The translations under genes were made by a program, and so were the position numbers. Shown piece after piece: positions 11,798 through 22,878 of a stretch of DNA of 40,448 nt (position 1 is the first letter of the stretch; each line of letters starts with the position of its first letter). The notes beneath the pieces were generated by a model. That model did no database searches and was not told the DNA's origin. It saw only the letters and a list, made by a program, of their open reading frames with translations. The stretch covers positions 1-40,448 of the forward strand of contig RBNJ01000122.1 in assembly GCA_003990765.1 (NCBI GenBank), written 5' to 3'. This DNA comes from Jimgerdemannia flammicorona. Taxonomy: Eukaryota.

Positions 11798-13619
11798 TTA
11801 CGGAATTTTTGAGAGAGAGCTAATACTCAGTGTGTGTCGATTTACTGTCCTGCCTACGTGCAGTAAAAACCACAAAGATAGCATCTGCTGAGGTTCTATA
11901 CTGCGAAATTAAAAGAGGAAAAAAGAAAATAAAAGAAAACCGTAATTGTTTGGGAAGGCTCCGGAAAAAAAAAAAAAAAAAAAAAAAAAAAGGCCGATAG
12001 AATAATTTTCAAAATTGTCTACTGTAGTGATAACCTTATTCTCAGTTGAATGGCGTCGAAACCAATGGGGAAATGTCGAGACAGGCCAGACCAATGTTCG
12101 AAGGCTTACAGTCCCGTGCTGCACTTTCGATCTTTCAAATGGTCCGCGTCGAAACTTTCTGTGGTCGCGAATACTGGAGCCAACTCAGACTTCGCGAGCA
12201 GGTTTAGATATTTGTTACTTAACGGACCACTTTGACAAACAAACAGAATGCCTAGGGAGTGAATGCATTGAGACTTCTCTACTGTAGAAATTACCCTTTC
12301 ATTGAATACACAGTTTTTACTCACGTCCTGTAATCTCTTCTGTACCCACGAAATAGCAAAGCTCATTTGAGCAGCGAAAAGAGCCGGTATCAATTACATA
12401 AAAGATATTTATGGTATGATTGTCAGGTTGCATTATAAACAGATGATGGCGAAAAGCCTGGGACCATGTTTGTGCGTCAGCTTTAAGATAGCAAATCAAT
12501 TGACCCATAAGGAGCATCTGCTGCGGTCCCATACGGCGGAATTCTTATATTATTATTATTAAAAAAACAAAAAAAAAAAAAAAAAGAGCAAACCAGCTCC
12601 AACACCATGATTTGGAAAGGCTCCAGCAGCAAGTAGGACAATATAATAGTTTGCACAAGTGTCTAATGTATTGGTTACCTTATTTCCAATTGACAGCGAC
12701 GTTCTGAAATGGTGAATCGATGTCGAATCGAATATGGCAAAGCAACTGCTGCGGCAGTGGCAACAACACTTAAACAGAAGTCACAGCCTTCCGAAATCAG
12801 TCATAGCGTTCTTGAAATGGGACAAATAGATTATGGCAGCGGACCCAAAACTTGCTACGGGACCTCTTGGTGACGACTATCATTGGAAGCCAAGAGAAGC
12901 CCTGAACCCCGAAACTTGCTAAGAGACACTTGACATTGGAAGCAAAGAGAAGTTCCGAACGTTCTGGAATTCTTAAGTATATATTGTGGCATGCGGTTTG
13001 TATCTCTAGTTGCTTCAAGCACAGCTCAATGTGCCACTTGGTGGAGTGCATGGTATATGACTGAGTGCATTTGCAACAGTTGCGATTCAATGGTCACATG
13101 ATTGGTTTGTCCAATTTGTACAGTGGAGGCTCGGTTGTTTAGTGGTCAATGAATTTTCCTAGTGGCGAATTACTTCTTGAACATATATGGTTTGTGGCGC
13201 AGTGGGTAAAGGGGAACTCGTCCGTCTGACTTGTTAGGTGAATGACGACAGTTGGGCTGGCTTTCCTAAGCTAAGTATCCTTGGGTTCCTTGGCTGGGGT
13301 CTTAACACCTCGAATGGCAGTTGGTTCTGAATACATGGCAGTCAGATCGAATGCACGATGGTTGGGCTGGTGGGATCTTGGTAGCAGTTGGTGGTTTTTT
13401 GTACAGCTTTCCTTTAGCGGCAGGTCTTTAAACTGAACTGAAGGGCTTTTCGTGTGGCTTTCCTTAGTGGCAAATCTTGAATGTTTTCCATGGCAAGAGA
13501 AAATTCTTTAACTCAAATCTCGAGTAATTGTTGCTCTAGTTATCTTGTTCTCAGAATTTATCTGGTCTCTTGGAGGCAGTGAGGTTTCTCTGTAATCTTT
13601 TTTACTTTTAAACACAAAC

Positions 13620-13662
13620 TGACTGAGGTTTATTCACTCTAAAATATAGGGTTATTTATACA
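13620..13662 (-). promoter_or_regulatory. LTR TATA box closely followed by AATAAA poly(A) signal
   Basis: Minus strand reads GTATAAATAACCCTATATTTTAGAGTGAATAAACCTCAGTC. Versions of this cassette recur in the other LTRs. Confidence 0.6.
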
Positions 13663-13869
13663 AATTTGCTAGTTATGGGGGGAGGGCTAAGGTATACTAT
13701 GTTGTAGTGGTTTAATTGCTGAAAACAGGTGTGACAATTGTTTGCGCCAAATTGGGATAAGATGAGTGCTAGTGCTGGATATGGATGTTGTGGGTGGTAT
13801 TGCTGAAAACGGGTATTGCTGACTTGCTGACAAACGTTGGCTGACTGGACTAAGAAAATGGACGTTGGA

Positions 13870-14796
13870 TCACTGAATAGTAAAGTACCCTTCATCAGTG
13901 ATCCAATCATCTTGCTGGGTTGTGACTTCTTCATCCCGTTCTTCAAAGGGTGGGAGCACTAGCCAGGAGGTGAGGGGGTAGAATTGTGGCCAATCAACTT
14001 TGATGACATTCTCCAACCCTTGGACTGCTTGAAGGCAGACAGAGGATTGGTAGATTCTTTGTTCCTCCTCTTCTTCTTCCTCAGATCCTTCAGTTTCTGT
14101 GTTGGTAGGGACTTCTGGGACTTCTTGATTTGATTCCCAAATAATGAGGTGTAAATTGTAGCTGACAGGGTGGTGAGTAGTTAGGGTTGCTCCAACAGGT
14201 GTTGTAATAGTAATGGGTGGTCCTTCAAAGATTTCCATGAGACTCATTAGGTGACCTTGATGGTTGTCTCGGAGTGGAGTAGTGTGAAAGCCTGGTTGAG
14301 TGGGCTTGGTTTGTTGGCTTCCTACAGTGACCTGGTTACTACCAATAGAGTCGGCTACTTCTGATTCTATCCAGTCTGCATCTTCAGTTGAGAGACAGGC
14401 AAGACTTCCAGCAGTCACTCCTTATAAGTGTGCTATAGCCCAGAGAATATGGCAGAAGATTTGGTGGATACGGAGGGCTCTCTTGATTAGCTGGCTGATG
14501 GTTAACATTTTGGCAATGAGGTCTTCCTGGTCACCTTCTTGGGTTTCATTATGAAGGCGGTGTCCAATTTCGTAATCATGCCAGAGGGTTATTCATTCAG
14601 TGGTATCTTTGAGCTATTGGGTCATTATGTACTGGTAATTGATGAAGTGTCCAAGGTCCTCGGTGTAGAAGTTCAGATGTTCAGAGGTATCTGGGTGCTA
14701 AATAGCCTTCTTGATAGCTTCAAGGATTAGAGTCTTTGGGCCAGGCAAGGGGGAAGAGTGGTGGGAGGTCTGGTTAGAGCGGCAGATAGGAGGCAT
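13870..14796 (-). pseudogene. LTR-encoded accessory ORF (308 codons), copy in 3' LTR
   Basis: ATG at 14796 is in frame with ORF-track 13870..14418. Only TAG/TGA/TAA point stops interrupt it. TATTTAAAG lies at 14849-14857 upstream. Confidence 0.7.
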
Positions 14797-15002
14797 TGTG
14801 TGGTGGGTACTTGTTCTTTGGTGCTGATTCCTGAGGCGGAGTATGGTTCTTTAAATAATGTAGTCTTCCTTTTGGCTCAGATTATCATTGCTCCTTTTGG
14901 GGAGATCACCTAATGGGTCAGGCTGTCTATTTGATTGTCATGCCATTATGTTGTCTGATCTTAGCAGTCACTGGTACTCTGTTGTCAATTGCGTACGTCA
15001 CA

Positions 15003-15012
15003 TCTACCCCTT
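15003..15012 (-). other. Polypurine tract (AAGGGGTAGA) abutting the 3' LTR
   Basis: Purine-rich run immediately 5' of TGTGACG on the minus strand. Confidence 0.65.
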
Positions 15013-15326
15013 GCAAAATTAGAGCTGTCCTCGGTGGTGAGGGTTACACAGAGTTGGGTGGTCTTAACTTCAGGGACAAGCAGAATGTTGGCGCATTTGT
15101 GAGGACTGGCCATCCTTTCTAGGGCGAGGGCTCCCATAGTTGTGGCTGGGGGTTCGAACCCATCAGAAATAGTATTTCTTGTAATCCGAGGCAATTTCTT
15201 AGTAACAATGTCTGTCACATGGATGGGCTTGAGTCTGGTTCCAATATTGTTGGCTTTCTTGAGTTCTGAGTGAAATATCTGTCATATCTCCAGCAGAGAT
15301 GACACAGATAGAGTGAACAGGATTGT

Positions 15327-16420
15327 TCAAATATGTTTTGCTTCTCTTGAGTAGTAGAGTCTTATGCAGTTGCAGTGTATCTTGGTCTTGAGTATAACTC
15401 CATCCAAGGTCTTGAGTTGATAAGTGTGGTTCAAGAATACTTGGTGTATGAGATAGGGGCCTTCCCATTTTGATTCAAGCTTGGCACTTCAATTTCCTTC
15501 TATGATGGTACAGTACACCAGAATCTTTTGTCCAATGAGCAGGGGTTCGAGGTCAGCTTTGCGGTTGTAGTACCTCTTTTGTCATTCTTGTGCCTTGGTG
15601 ATAAATTCTCGTACTTGCTGGCATATGTCATGTAACCAGGTGATCTCTTCTGTGACTCATTTTGACAGATCCAGCTGGACTGGTTCAGTAGGATCTTGTG
15701 CTTCTCAGCCATACACCAAATAGAAGGGGGTCTGTTGGGTAGTGGTTGTCTTAGAGGTACGGATGCTGAATAGAATTGCCAGTAAATAGATATCTCAGTT
15801 TAGTTGATCTCCGATTCTACTGAGACCTCACTTGATGGTCTGGTTCATTCGTTCAGTGAGTCCATTTGCCTGTGGGTGGTAGGCTGTTGTTGGTCATAGC
15901 TTGATCTTGAAGTTGCTCGCAAAGGTCTTCATGGCTTGGTTGACAAATTCTCAGCCTTGGTCTGTAATGATTTCCTTGGGCACACTATGGTAGCTGAAAA
16001 TTTCATCATACAGGATCCCAATAATTGTCTGGGCATCAGCAGTCTCAATGGCAAAGGCTTCAGGCCATTTTGTCAGGTGGTCTTCGATAGTGAGGATGTA
16101 GCATCTTCCTCGGCTGGTTACTGGTAGGGGTCCAATAATGTCTATTCTCAGTCTTTGAAAGGCTCCAGCTGGTACTGCGATTGGTATTAATAGTGCTCTG
16201 TTGGTAGGCTTTTGTTGGTATCTTTGGCAGGTATCACATTGTTGAATGTGCATTGAAATTTGTTTTCTCATCTTGGGCCACCAGTATCACTTCTTGATTC
16301 TTGTGATTGTGGCGCCAATTCCTTGGTGTGTATTTTGGTCATGATTTGTTATCAGGATCTTCAATATTTCTTCCTCTCTTGGAACTCAGGTGTACTGCTC
16401 TCCTTCTACTCTCCAAAGTT
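15327..16420 (-). pseudogene. Integrase (H2C2 zinc finger, rve core, GPY/F module)
   Basis: HIQQCDTCQ; RIDIIGPLP...EDHLTKWPEAFA...EIITDQG; TTAYHPQANGL; SAKLESKWEGPY. Confidence 0.95.
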
Positions 16421-16619
16421 CACCATCGCCTTCTTGGAATTTCTTGAAATTCCTTTGGATAAACAACTTGTGGGCTGGTTGGATTCCTTTCTTGAAGCTT
16501 TTATAGTGCAGACTCCAGGTGAGGGTGAGGCACAATTCTTGGTTCATTTGGGTGAGCAGGAAGCAGCCTTCTCTTGTGGGGGCTCCTTCCCTTCTTGTTA
16601 GTTTTGCAGGATTCTTGAC

Positions 16620-17870
16620 AGGATATTGACATTGGAATTTTTAGCACCTTTCTTGTAGACAATAGTGAACTGATATTCTTGCAGAGATATGATCCATCTA
16701 GTGAAGATTCCTGAGGACTCCGGCTTGTTGAACAATCATTGTAGAGCTTGATGATCAGTGATGAGGGTGAATCTCTTTCCCAAGAGATAGTGTCAGAAGT
16801 GATTCACAGCCCAAACTACTGCTAGGCATTCCAACTTAGTGGCTCCATAGTTCGCTTGTGTTTCATTTGTAGCCTTGCTAGCATATTTGATAACATGCTC
16901 CCTCTTCTGGTCATCTTGCTGAGACAGAATTGATCCGAGTCCTAAGGCTGAGGCATCAGTTGCCAGGATAAATGGTTTGCCAAAGTCTGGTCGCACCAGG
17001 ACAGGGGCTTCGGTAAGGGCCTTCTTGAGTAGGTCGAATGACTTTTGTTGTTCTTCTTTCCAGTAGAATGGTTGGTCCTTCTTGGAGATATCTCAGAGAG
17101 GTACTGCCTTATCTGAAAACCTTGGAATGAATTGTCGATAGTAGGATGCCAGCATAAGGAAAGATAGGGTCTCCTTTGCTGAGGTCGGGGTTGGGTAGTT
17201 CTTGACTTTCTCCACCTTGCAGGGGTCAGTATGTGTTCCTTGAGCTGAGACAACATATCCTAGATATTCAACTTGATGTTTTCCAAAGAAGCACTTCTTG
17301 GTATTAAGTCTGAGTCCTGAATTTCAAATGATATTGAATACTTCGTGGAGGTCTTGCAAATGCTGCTTGAATGTCTCAGAGTAGATGATTACATTATCTA
17401 TGTACACTAGTACATTTCTTCCAATGAGGTCCCAGTAGACATAGTTTATCATTTGTTGGAATGAGGTAGGTGCATTGCAGAGTCCAAAGGGCATTCGTAG
17501 GTATTTGTACTGTCCTTGTCTAGTGATGAAGACTGTCTTGCAGATATCTTCTTTGGCAATGGGTATTACTTAGAATCCTTGGAACTGGTCGGTAGTGGTC
17601 ATGTATTTGGCTTTACTGAGGGTATTGATGAGGTCATCAATTCTTGGCAGTGGGTAGGCATCTTCTGTAGTGACTTTGTTGAGTTTTCTAAAATCCACAA
17701 CTAATCTCCATCCTCCTTTCTTTAGTACTATGATTGCTGGTGAAGCCCAGGGGCTTGATGATGGTCTGATGACTCCATTTCATAACATTTCATCTATATG
17801 TTGTTGTTTGAATTCAATCAGATGATGTGGTGTTCGGTAGGGTCATTGTCGGATTGATCTTGCATCTCCA
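16620..17870 (-). pseudogene. Reverse transcriptase and RNase H
   Basis: SPWASPAIIV, VDFRKLN, AYPLPRIDDL, MPFGLCNAPTSFQ, YIDN (decayed YxDD), PFILATDASALGLGSILSQ, NYGATKLECLAVVWAV. Confidence 0.95.
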
Positions 17871-18444
17871 GTATGTATAGGGTGTTCTCCATATTGATAT
17901 GGTGGGAAGTTATCATATATGGTGGTAAATATATCTTTATACTCCTCTATCAACTCCTGTATCTGTTGTTGCTGGTTCTTGGTTAGAGTTGTCTCGATAT
18001 CAATAGCTTTGATTGCTGAATTTGCTGAGTCTTCCTCCCTGGTACCATCAGTCTCACCAGAGAGGGCTTGCCATTTCCCAAGAATTCGAAGACTTCTTCC
18101 TCATAGGTATCTATCAGTGGTTCGAAATATCCCAGTGTTGTTCCCTTGGGGATAGTTATCACTTCGAAGCCTGAGTTTCTGATAGGGATGTGGATCAGTG
18201 ACATCTGGTCATGAATTCATTCTTCAGCCAGGAGGATGTGGTATTCCTTTTGAAGCTCCAGTGATGGTGCAAATATCAAGTTGTTTGCTTCTACTGATAG
18301 GTGCACATCTAGGCCTTTTTGCTGATAGGGCTGCAGGAGGATATCTTCTCTTACTCGGATTGGGCAGCAGATGTGGGGTCTCATTTGTCAGAATTGAGCA
18401 ACTGTTGCTAAATGAACCTTGATAGGTGGTGTCCATAGATTTCT

Positions 18445-18855
18445 ATTGGTGCTTCCAAAGCCTCCTTGTTCTCTGTTGGTATCTTCTAGTTGGTCTACCT
18501 CTTGAATGGTCAGCTGTGATGTCTTGATAAACAGGATTTGGCAGATGGCTTCCATAGGACTGAAGAATTGGCTGATTCTACTAGAATTGTAGATAATGGC
18601 CTTCAAGGGACCTCGGTAGTCCTGATCGATGACTCCTCCTTCTACTGTGACTCCTTTGGTTGCCAATGAGGATCTTGAGGCCAATTGTCTATAATGCCCA
18701 GGTGGTATAGTGAGTGCAATCTGTAGGTCAAAAATCCTGGTACTTCTGGGTCGGATTCTTGCTTGGTAGGGGAGGCAGAGGTTATAACCAACTGATCCTT
18801 CTGTTTGTGCAAGAGGTGGCTGTGCCCAGGGTGAAAGCAGCTTGACCTGGATAAT
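18445..18855 (-). CDS. dut: Trimeric-type dUTPase domain within the pol polyprotein
   Basis: All five motifs in order: GSVGYNL, LASRSSL, GGVIDQDYRG, ICQIL, REQGGFGST. Same frame as protease and gag. Confidence 0.93.
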
Positions 18856-18859
18856 TGGT

Positions 18860-19974
18860 TGAGCTTTGAGAAATGGTACTTCAGCTGTTGCCATTGTAGG
18901 TGAGAAGTCCATGCGCTCCAGTTTGAAGAAAGACCAGTGAGCTCCTGTCTTTGAGTTTCTTGTATAATTGAATCCAGTCTTTTCTAGAGGGTCCAGAGCT
19001 TCCATAAGGATGAAGGCAAGATTGATACCTTCTTTTCCTTGATGAGGGCAGTAGTACCAGCGAATGATGGCAAGAACTTCCAATGGTAGGTCCCAGATAG
19101 AGGTCTTGCTCTTGAACTTGCAATCTCCTTCATGGTTGATTTCTTTGCACTTCCTACAGGCCCAGCAAATTCAAGGTTCTTGCAGGGTGGGATCTTTTCT
19201 CTTGACTTGGCTCTTATAGACATCTTTGCTGAGGTGAACATCTCGATGTTCACACCAGTGGCAGGTAAAGGTCTTTCCACAATCACAATATCTCTTCTTG
19301 ACAAAGTCTTCATTTCGCTGTTTGACTTCCCTACTGGTAGGGAATCTCTTCCGATACTTGTCATAGGTGGGCTGTGTGATCTGGAGGGCCCAGGTGATAG
19401 TATAAGAGCTGCTGCTTTCTCCTTCAATGGTAAGGGACTCAAATGTTTGGTGGGTGAGGATCTTCTGTCCTCCCTTATAGGTCTTCTTGAAGGTCTTTGG
19501 GGTTGGAGGTTGTATTCGACCGTGGGATGGTGCTTGCTTCAATTCATCCTTATCATCAATTTCTGGCATTGGAACCTTCTTGAGATCCAGGATTTGGCAA
19601 TTGCTGTAATCATCTCTTGGTGAGTGGAAGCTGATGAAATGTTCACATATGCCTTGACGAAAGGCTCGCATGATCTGATTTTCTACCAGTGGTGGTGGTG
19701 GTTGAGCAGATGGTCCTGCAAACTCAAGTACTGCCCTTGCATTAATGGCTCTATCAATGTTTTCTTCCAGACCTTCAACACCAATAACTCCAATGAAAGA
19801 GTCTTCTTGTTTGCTTTCTTGGTCCCTTAGGGTATTGAAATCACTTCCTAGTTCTTGTAGGAAATTGGCCTTGCTTTCATCCTCAGTAGTAGTGGGGGTA
19901 TCGCCATATCCTTGCCATTCTGTTTCTGAGGCTTGATTTGTTCTTTTGGATAATCCTTTCAAGTCAATGAGCAC
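18860..19974 (-). pseudogene. ~370-aa in-frame insert between protease and dUTPase with Cys/His clusters and an F-box-like motif
   Basis: One frame with a single TGA at 19171-19173. Contains CDCGKTFTCHWCEH, CWACRKCKEINHEGDC and SIWDLPLEVLAIIRWYY. Confidence 0.6.
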
Positions 19975-20320
19975 CTTGTGCTTCTGTCTATGAATGGAGA
20001 AGACCAGGAGTTGTTTCTTGATATCTACATTGGCTCCAACTCAGCTTAACCAGTCAGTTCCCAGTATCAGGTCATAGGAGGTTGCAGGGGTCACGACGGC
20101 TTTGGGTACATTGAGGCAGGCCTTTCCGACTTGAATGGGAATGTCTCTGACAAGTCCAAGGGGTGTGGAAGCTGATCCGTCAGCCATGATAACTCTTGCT
20201 TTGGTTCCTTCATCTATTCCCCATCCAATTCGCTCCAATATCCTTTGGGTGATGATGCATACTACTGCTCCAGTATCGATGAGAATTCTGGTATTTTCAC
20301 CATGCACTTTTCCATTGGTG
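19975..20320 (-). pseudogene. Retroviral-type aspartic protease
   Basis: ILIDTGAVVCII...MADG...YDLILGTDWL. Confidence 0.93.
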
Positions 20321-20907
20321 AGTCTTGTAGATTGATGTTCATGTCGCTGGCTCTCATGGGCTGTGTGGATAGTGCTAGGTTCTTGAGTGTGTGGTCCTTG
20401 GACTGGAAGTCTCTTGGTATCTTCCTTGGCTTCTTTCAGGAATTTTTACCTGACCTCTGGTGCATTCTTGAGGACTTGCTCAACTGTAAGACCAGCATTC
20501 TGTAGGTGGATATGTTTCCAAAGTGAGGCTTCTGCATGGGGCTTGCTGCTTCTTTGGTGTCTTGGCCCCTTGGGGTATAGTCTCTCATTCCTGATGGGCA
20601 TTTCATCAGCTGAAGATTCTATGCTCATATGCTCATCTTCTTCAAGATCTGGCAGGGTAGAGCTGGGGGTTGTCCTAGATGGTCTGGCTTCTGGTTCAGA
20701 AGTATCTCTTCTAACTCGCTTCTCCTGTTCTTGTGGAGTGTCTGAAGAAGAATGGCCATGTCATGGATGCTTGCCTGTGGATATTGTTACTGGCAGTTGA
20801 GGTGGGGGGTTCCTTCATGGTCTTCCTCGTCCTCTGGTCTCTGCGGGGGCAGCTTCCTATATCACCTTGGATGGAAAAGCCTCGAAGTATGGGTAGATGT
20901 CATCTTC

Positions 20908-22809
20908 TTAACCATGGAGCCAGGCTGCTTCTTCTTCCATCTCCTGAGTCTCTTCATCTATCTGAAAGAGATTGACATTTCTGTCATTGGATTGGGTGGA
21001 TTGGTTCCTTGGACAATTCCTCTGGATGTGGCCTTGATTTCCGTAGTTGAAGTAGGTGGGACCATAGGAACCAGTCACTGATGAGACTGTAGTTGCAGCT
21101 GGTAGTGCAGGGGCAGGACCTCTGTTGTCTTGTTGCCGGTAGTCTGGTCTGTTATCATGATGGTAGTCTTGTTGTCTTCTACCTTGGTTTTTCAGCTGGG
21201 CAACTGTGATGGCCAGGTCCTTCATTTGCTTAGTGAGCATTGTCATGGGGTCTTCTTGAACTCTTGATGGTGGCTGCTGCTGTGGTTGCCTGAATGGAGT
21301 CGGATTTGTGGGTGCTGGTCTGTTCTCATAGTTGGCTATCTGGGCTCTAAAGAAGGCATTCTCTTGCTCCATGGTTGTTCCTCAGGTTCTTGGGGTTTCA
21401 GCTTGGATTGGCTCATGATAGCCTTGTACTTATTGTACTGGTCTATAATCTGCTTCCCAACATCCTTGTGCTCTAGCAACTTGCTGTTCAATGTTTCGAT
21501 ATCCCATCCTGATAACTTGCCTTCGGAGTTCTGGATATAAGCCATTGAGGAAGGTAGTTGAGGCTAGAGCCAGTTGGACTGCTGGTTGAAGGTTCACCTT
21601 GATCATTTGAGCTTGAATCTGATGGTAGAAACTCTTGGGAGTTTCATTGGCAGCTTGGCTCATATAGGTCAAAGCCTCCTGTACTTCTTGTTGGCGCTCA
21701 AATCCATTGAACTGGGCATGGAGCCAGGCTTTGTAAATCATGTACCTTGCTACATGATTTCTATCAGGTTGAAGACTGTCATTCAGTTCCTCTGCATGGA
21801 TTCCTCCTCCAGCTTACTTGGCTTGATTATACCTCTGTAGGGCTGGTCCTCTCAGGAGTGACTCCACAATTCTGAGTTTCCTTGCAGCATCCCATTGTTT
21901 GGCAGCTGCTTGAACTTCAATTTCTCCAAAGAATTCCTTGATGTCTTCATTGTCTGTACTATGGAACTTCTGAAGGTAGCTCATGTCTGGCTCATCTTCA
22001 CTATCTGAGTATTGTTCAGGGGTAGGGGATCTGGCAGATCCTCGGAGTAATGGGGAAGGTGGTGGTGCTAGTACTTGATGAACTAGTGGTGCTGGCAGAG
22101 GGCAGTATCTTGGTGAGGGTGAGAGTAATCTGGCTCTTCTAATTAATGCTGGGGTTGAAGTCCTGGGTAGTGGTGGAGATCTTCTGATTGACTGGTGATA
22201 GTGGTAAGGTGTGAGTGACCAGAGTACTGAAGTTCGAGCAACTGATAGTGGGAGTGGACTGATATAACTGATAGTAAGTTCGTCTGCCCCTTGCTGTTAT
22301 GAAGTAGTGAGGTCTTGTTTGCCTTATTGTGGGTTTGTGTCGCTGTCTGGATAATAGTGTAGGTTGAATTTGTCCCTTTGATGGTCTGATCCCCAATTGT
22401 CATCTTGCTCTGATTGATATAGATGGTAGTCCTCTTCTCCTTCTGATGTTTCAAAGTATACCCGGTCCAGTGAAGTGACTCGAGTAACAACAGTAGTTAT
22501 GTAGTTACTTCTGTCTGAGTTCTTCCTATGGATAAGGGTCTGATACTCCTTGGGGATATCCTCTTCTTCTTCTTGGCCTAAGTCTTAGATCTGAAGGGGC
22601 AGTTCTGGTTGTCCTCTGAGTTGTCTCCTTTCTCTTGAAGTCAAACCGTAATCTGGGTCACTTCTTTCTTCTAATTCGGTTTTCTGGCTACTGATGTTGA
22701 ATAGGGTCCTGGCTACTATTCTGACAAGAGTGTGGGCTTTCTTTTCTGCTGAGGAGGGCTGTTGCTGTCCCTGGTTTGGTTGCTGACTTGGTCCTGCTAA
22801 GTTCTCCAC
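20908..22809 (-). pseudogene. gag (capsid plus zinc knuckle) with long in-frame N-terminal extension
   Basis: MSYLQKFHS at 21984; QAANETPKSFY...FLNGLYPELRRQV; knuckle TYFNYGNQGHIQRNCP (CX2CX4HX4C with two C>Y). All segments from 22809 to ~18100 share one frame. Confidence 0.85.
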
Positions 22810-22858
22810 TGTAGATAGCTGGGTTCTTGAGCCAAATGGTAAAGTCTTTTGAAAACTT

Positions 22859-22875
22859 TCCCAGTTGAGCCCCCA
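22859..22875 (-). other. Primer-binding site complementary to tRNA-Pro 3' end
   Basis: TGGGGGCTCAACTGGGA lies 3 nt inside the 5' LTR boundary; compare the MLV tRNA-Pro PBS TGGGGGCTCGTCCGGGA. Confidence 0.8.
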
Positions 22876-22878
22876 AAA

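Larger units (their letters stand above)
12985..15002 (-). repeat. 3' LTR of element 2 (2018 bp)
   Basis: Direct repeat of 22879-24981; differences are almost all transitions. Confidence 0.95.

Noticed and set aside
12106-12433. Two-exon ~94-aa minus-strand gene using a GTGAGT...TACAG intron at 12282-12324
   Set aside because: The intron would be only 43 nt and the product has no recognisable features.
15003-15330. Chromodomain or env after the element-2 integrase
   Set aside because: KYYF*W only loosely resembles YLVKW, other chromodomain residues are absent, and there is no signal peptide or TM anchor.
16260-21840. Plus-strand hydrophobic ORFs antisense to gag-pol
   Set aside because: Shadow frames of the minus-strand polyprotein.
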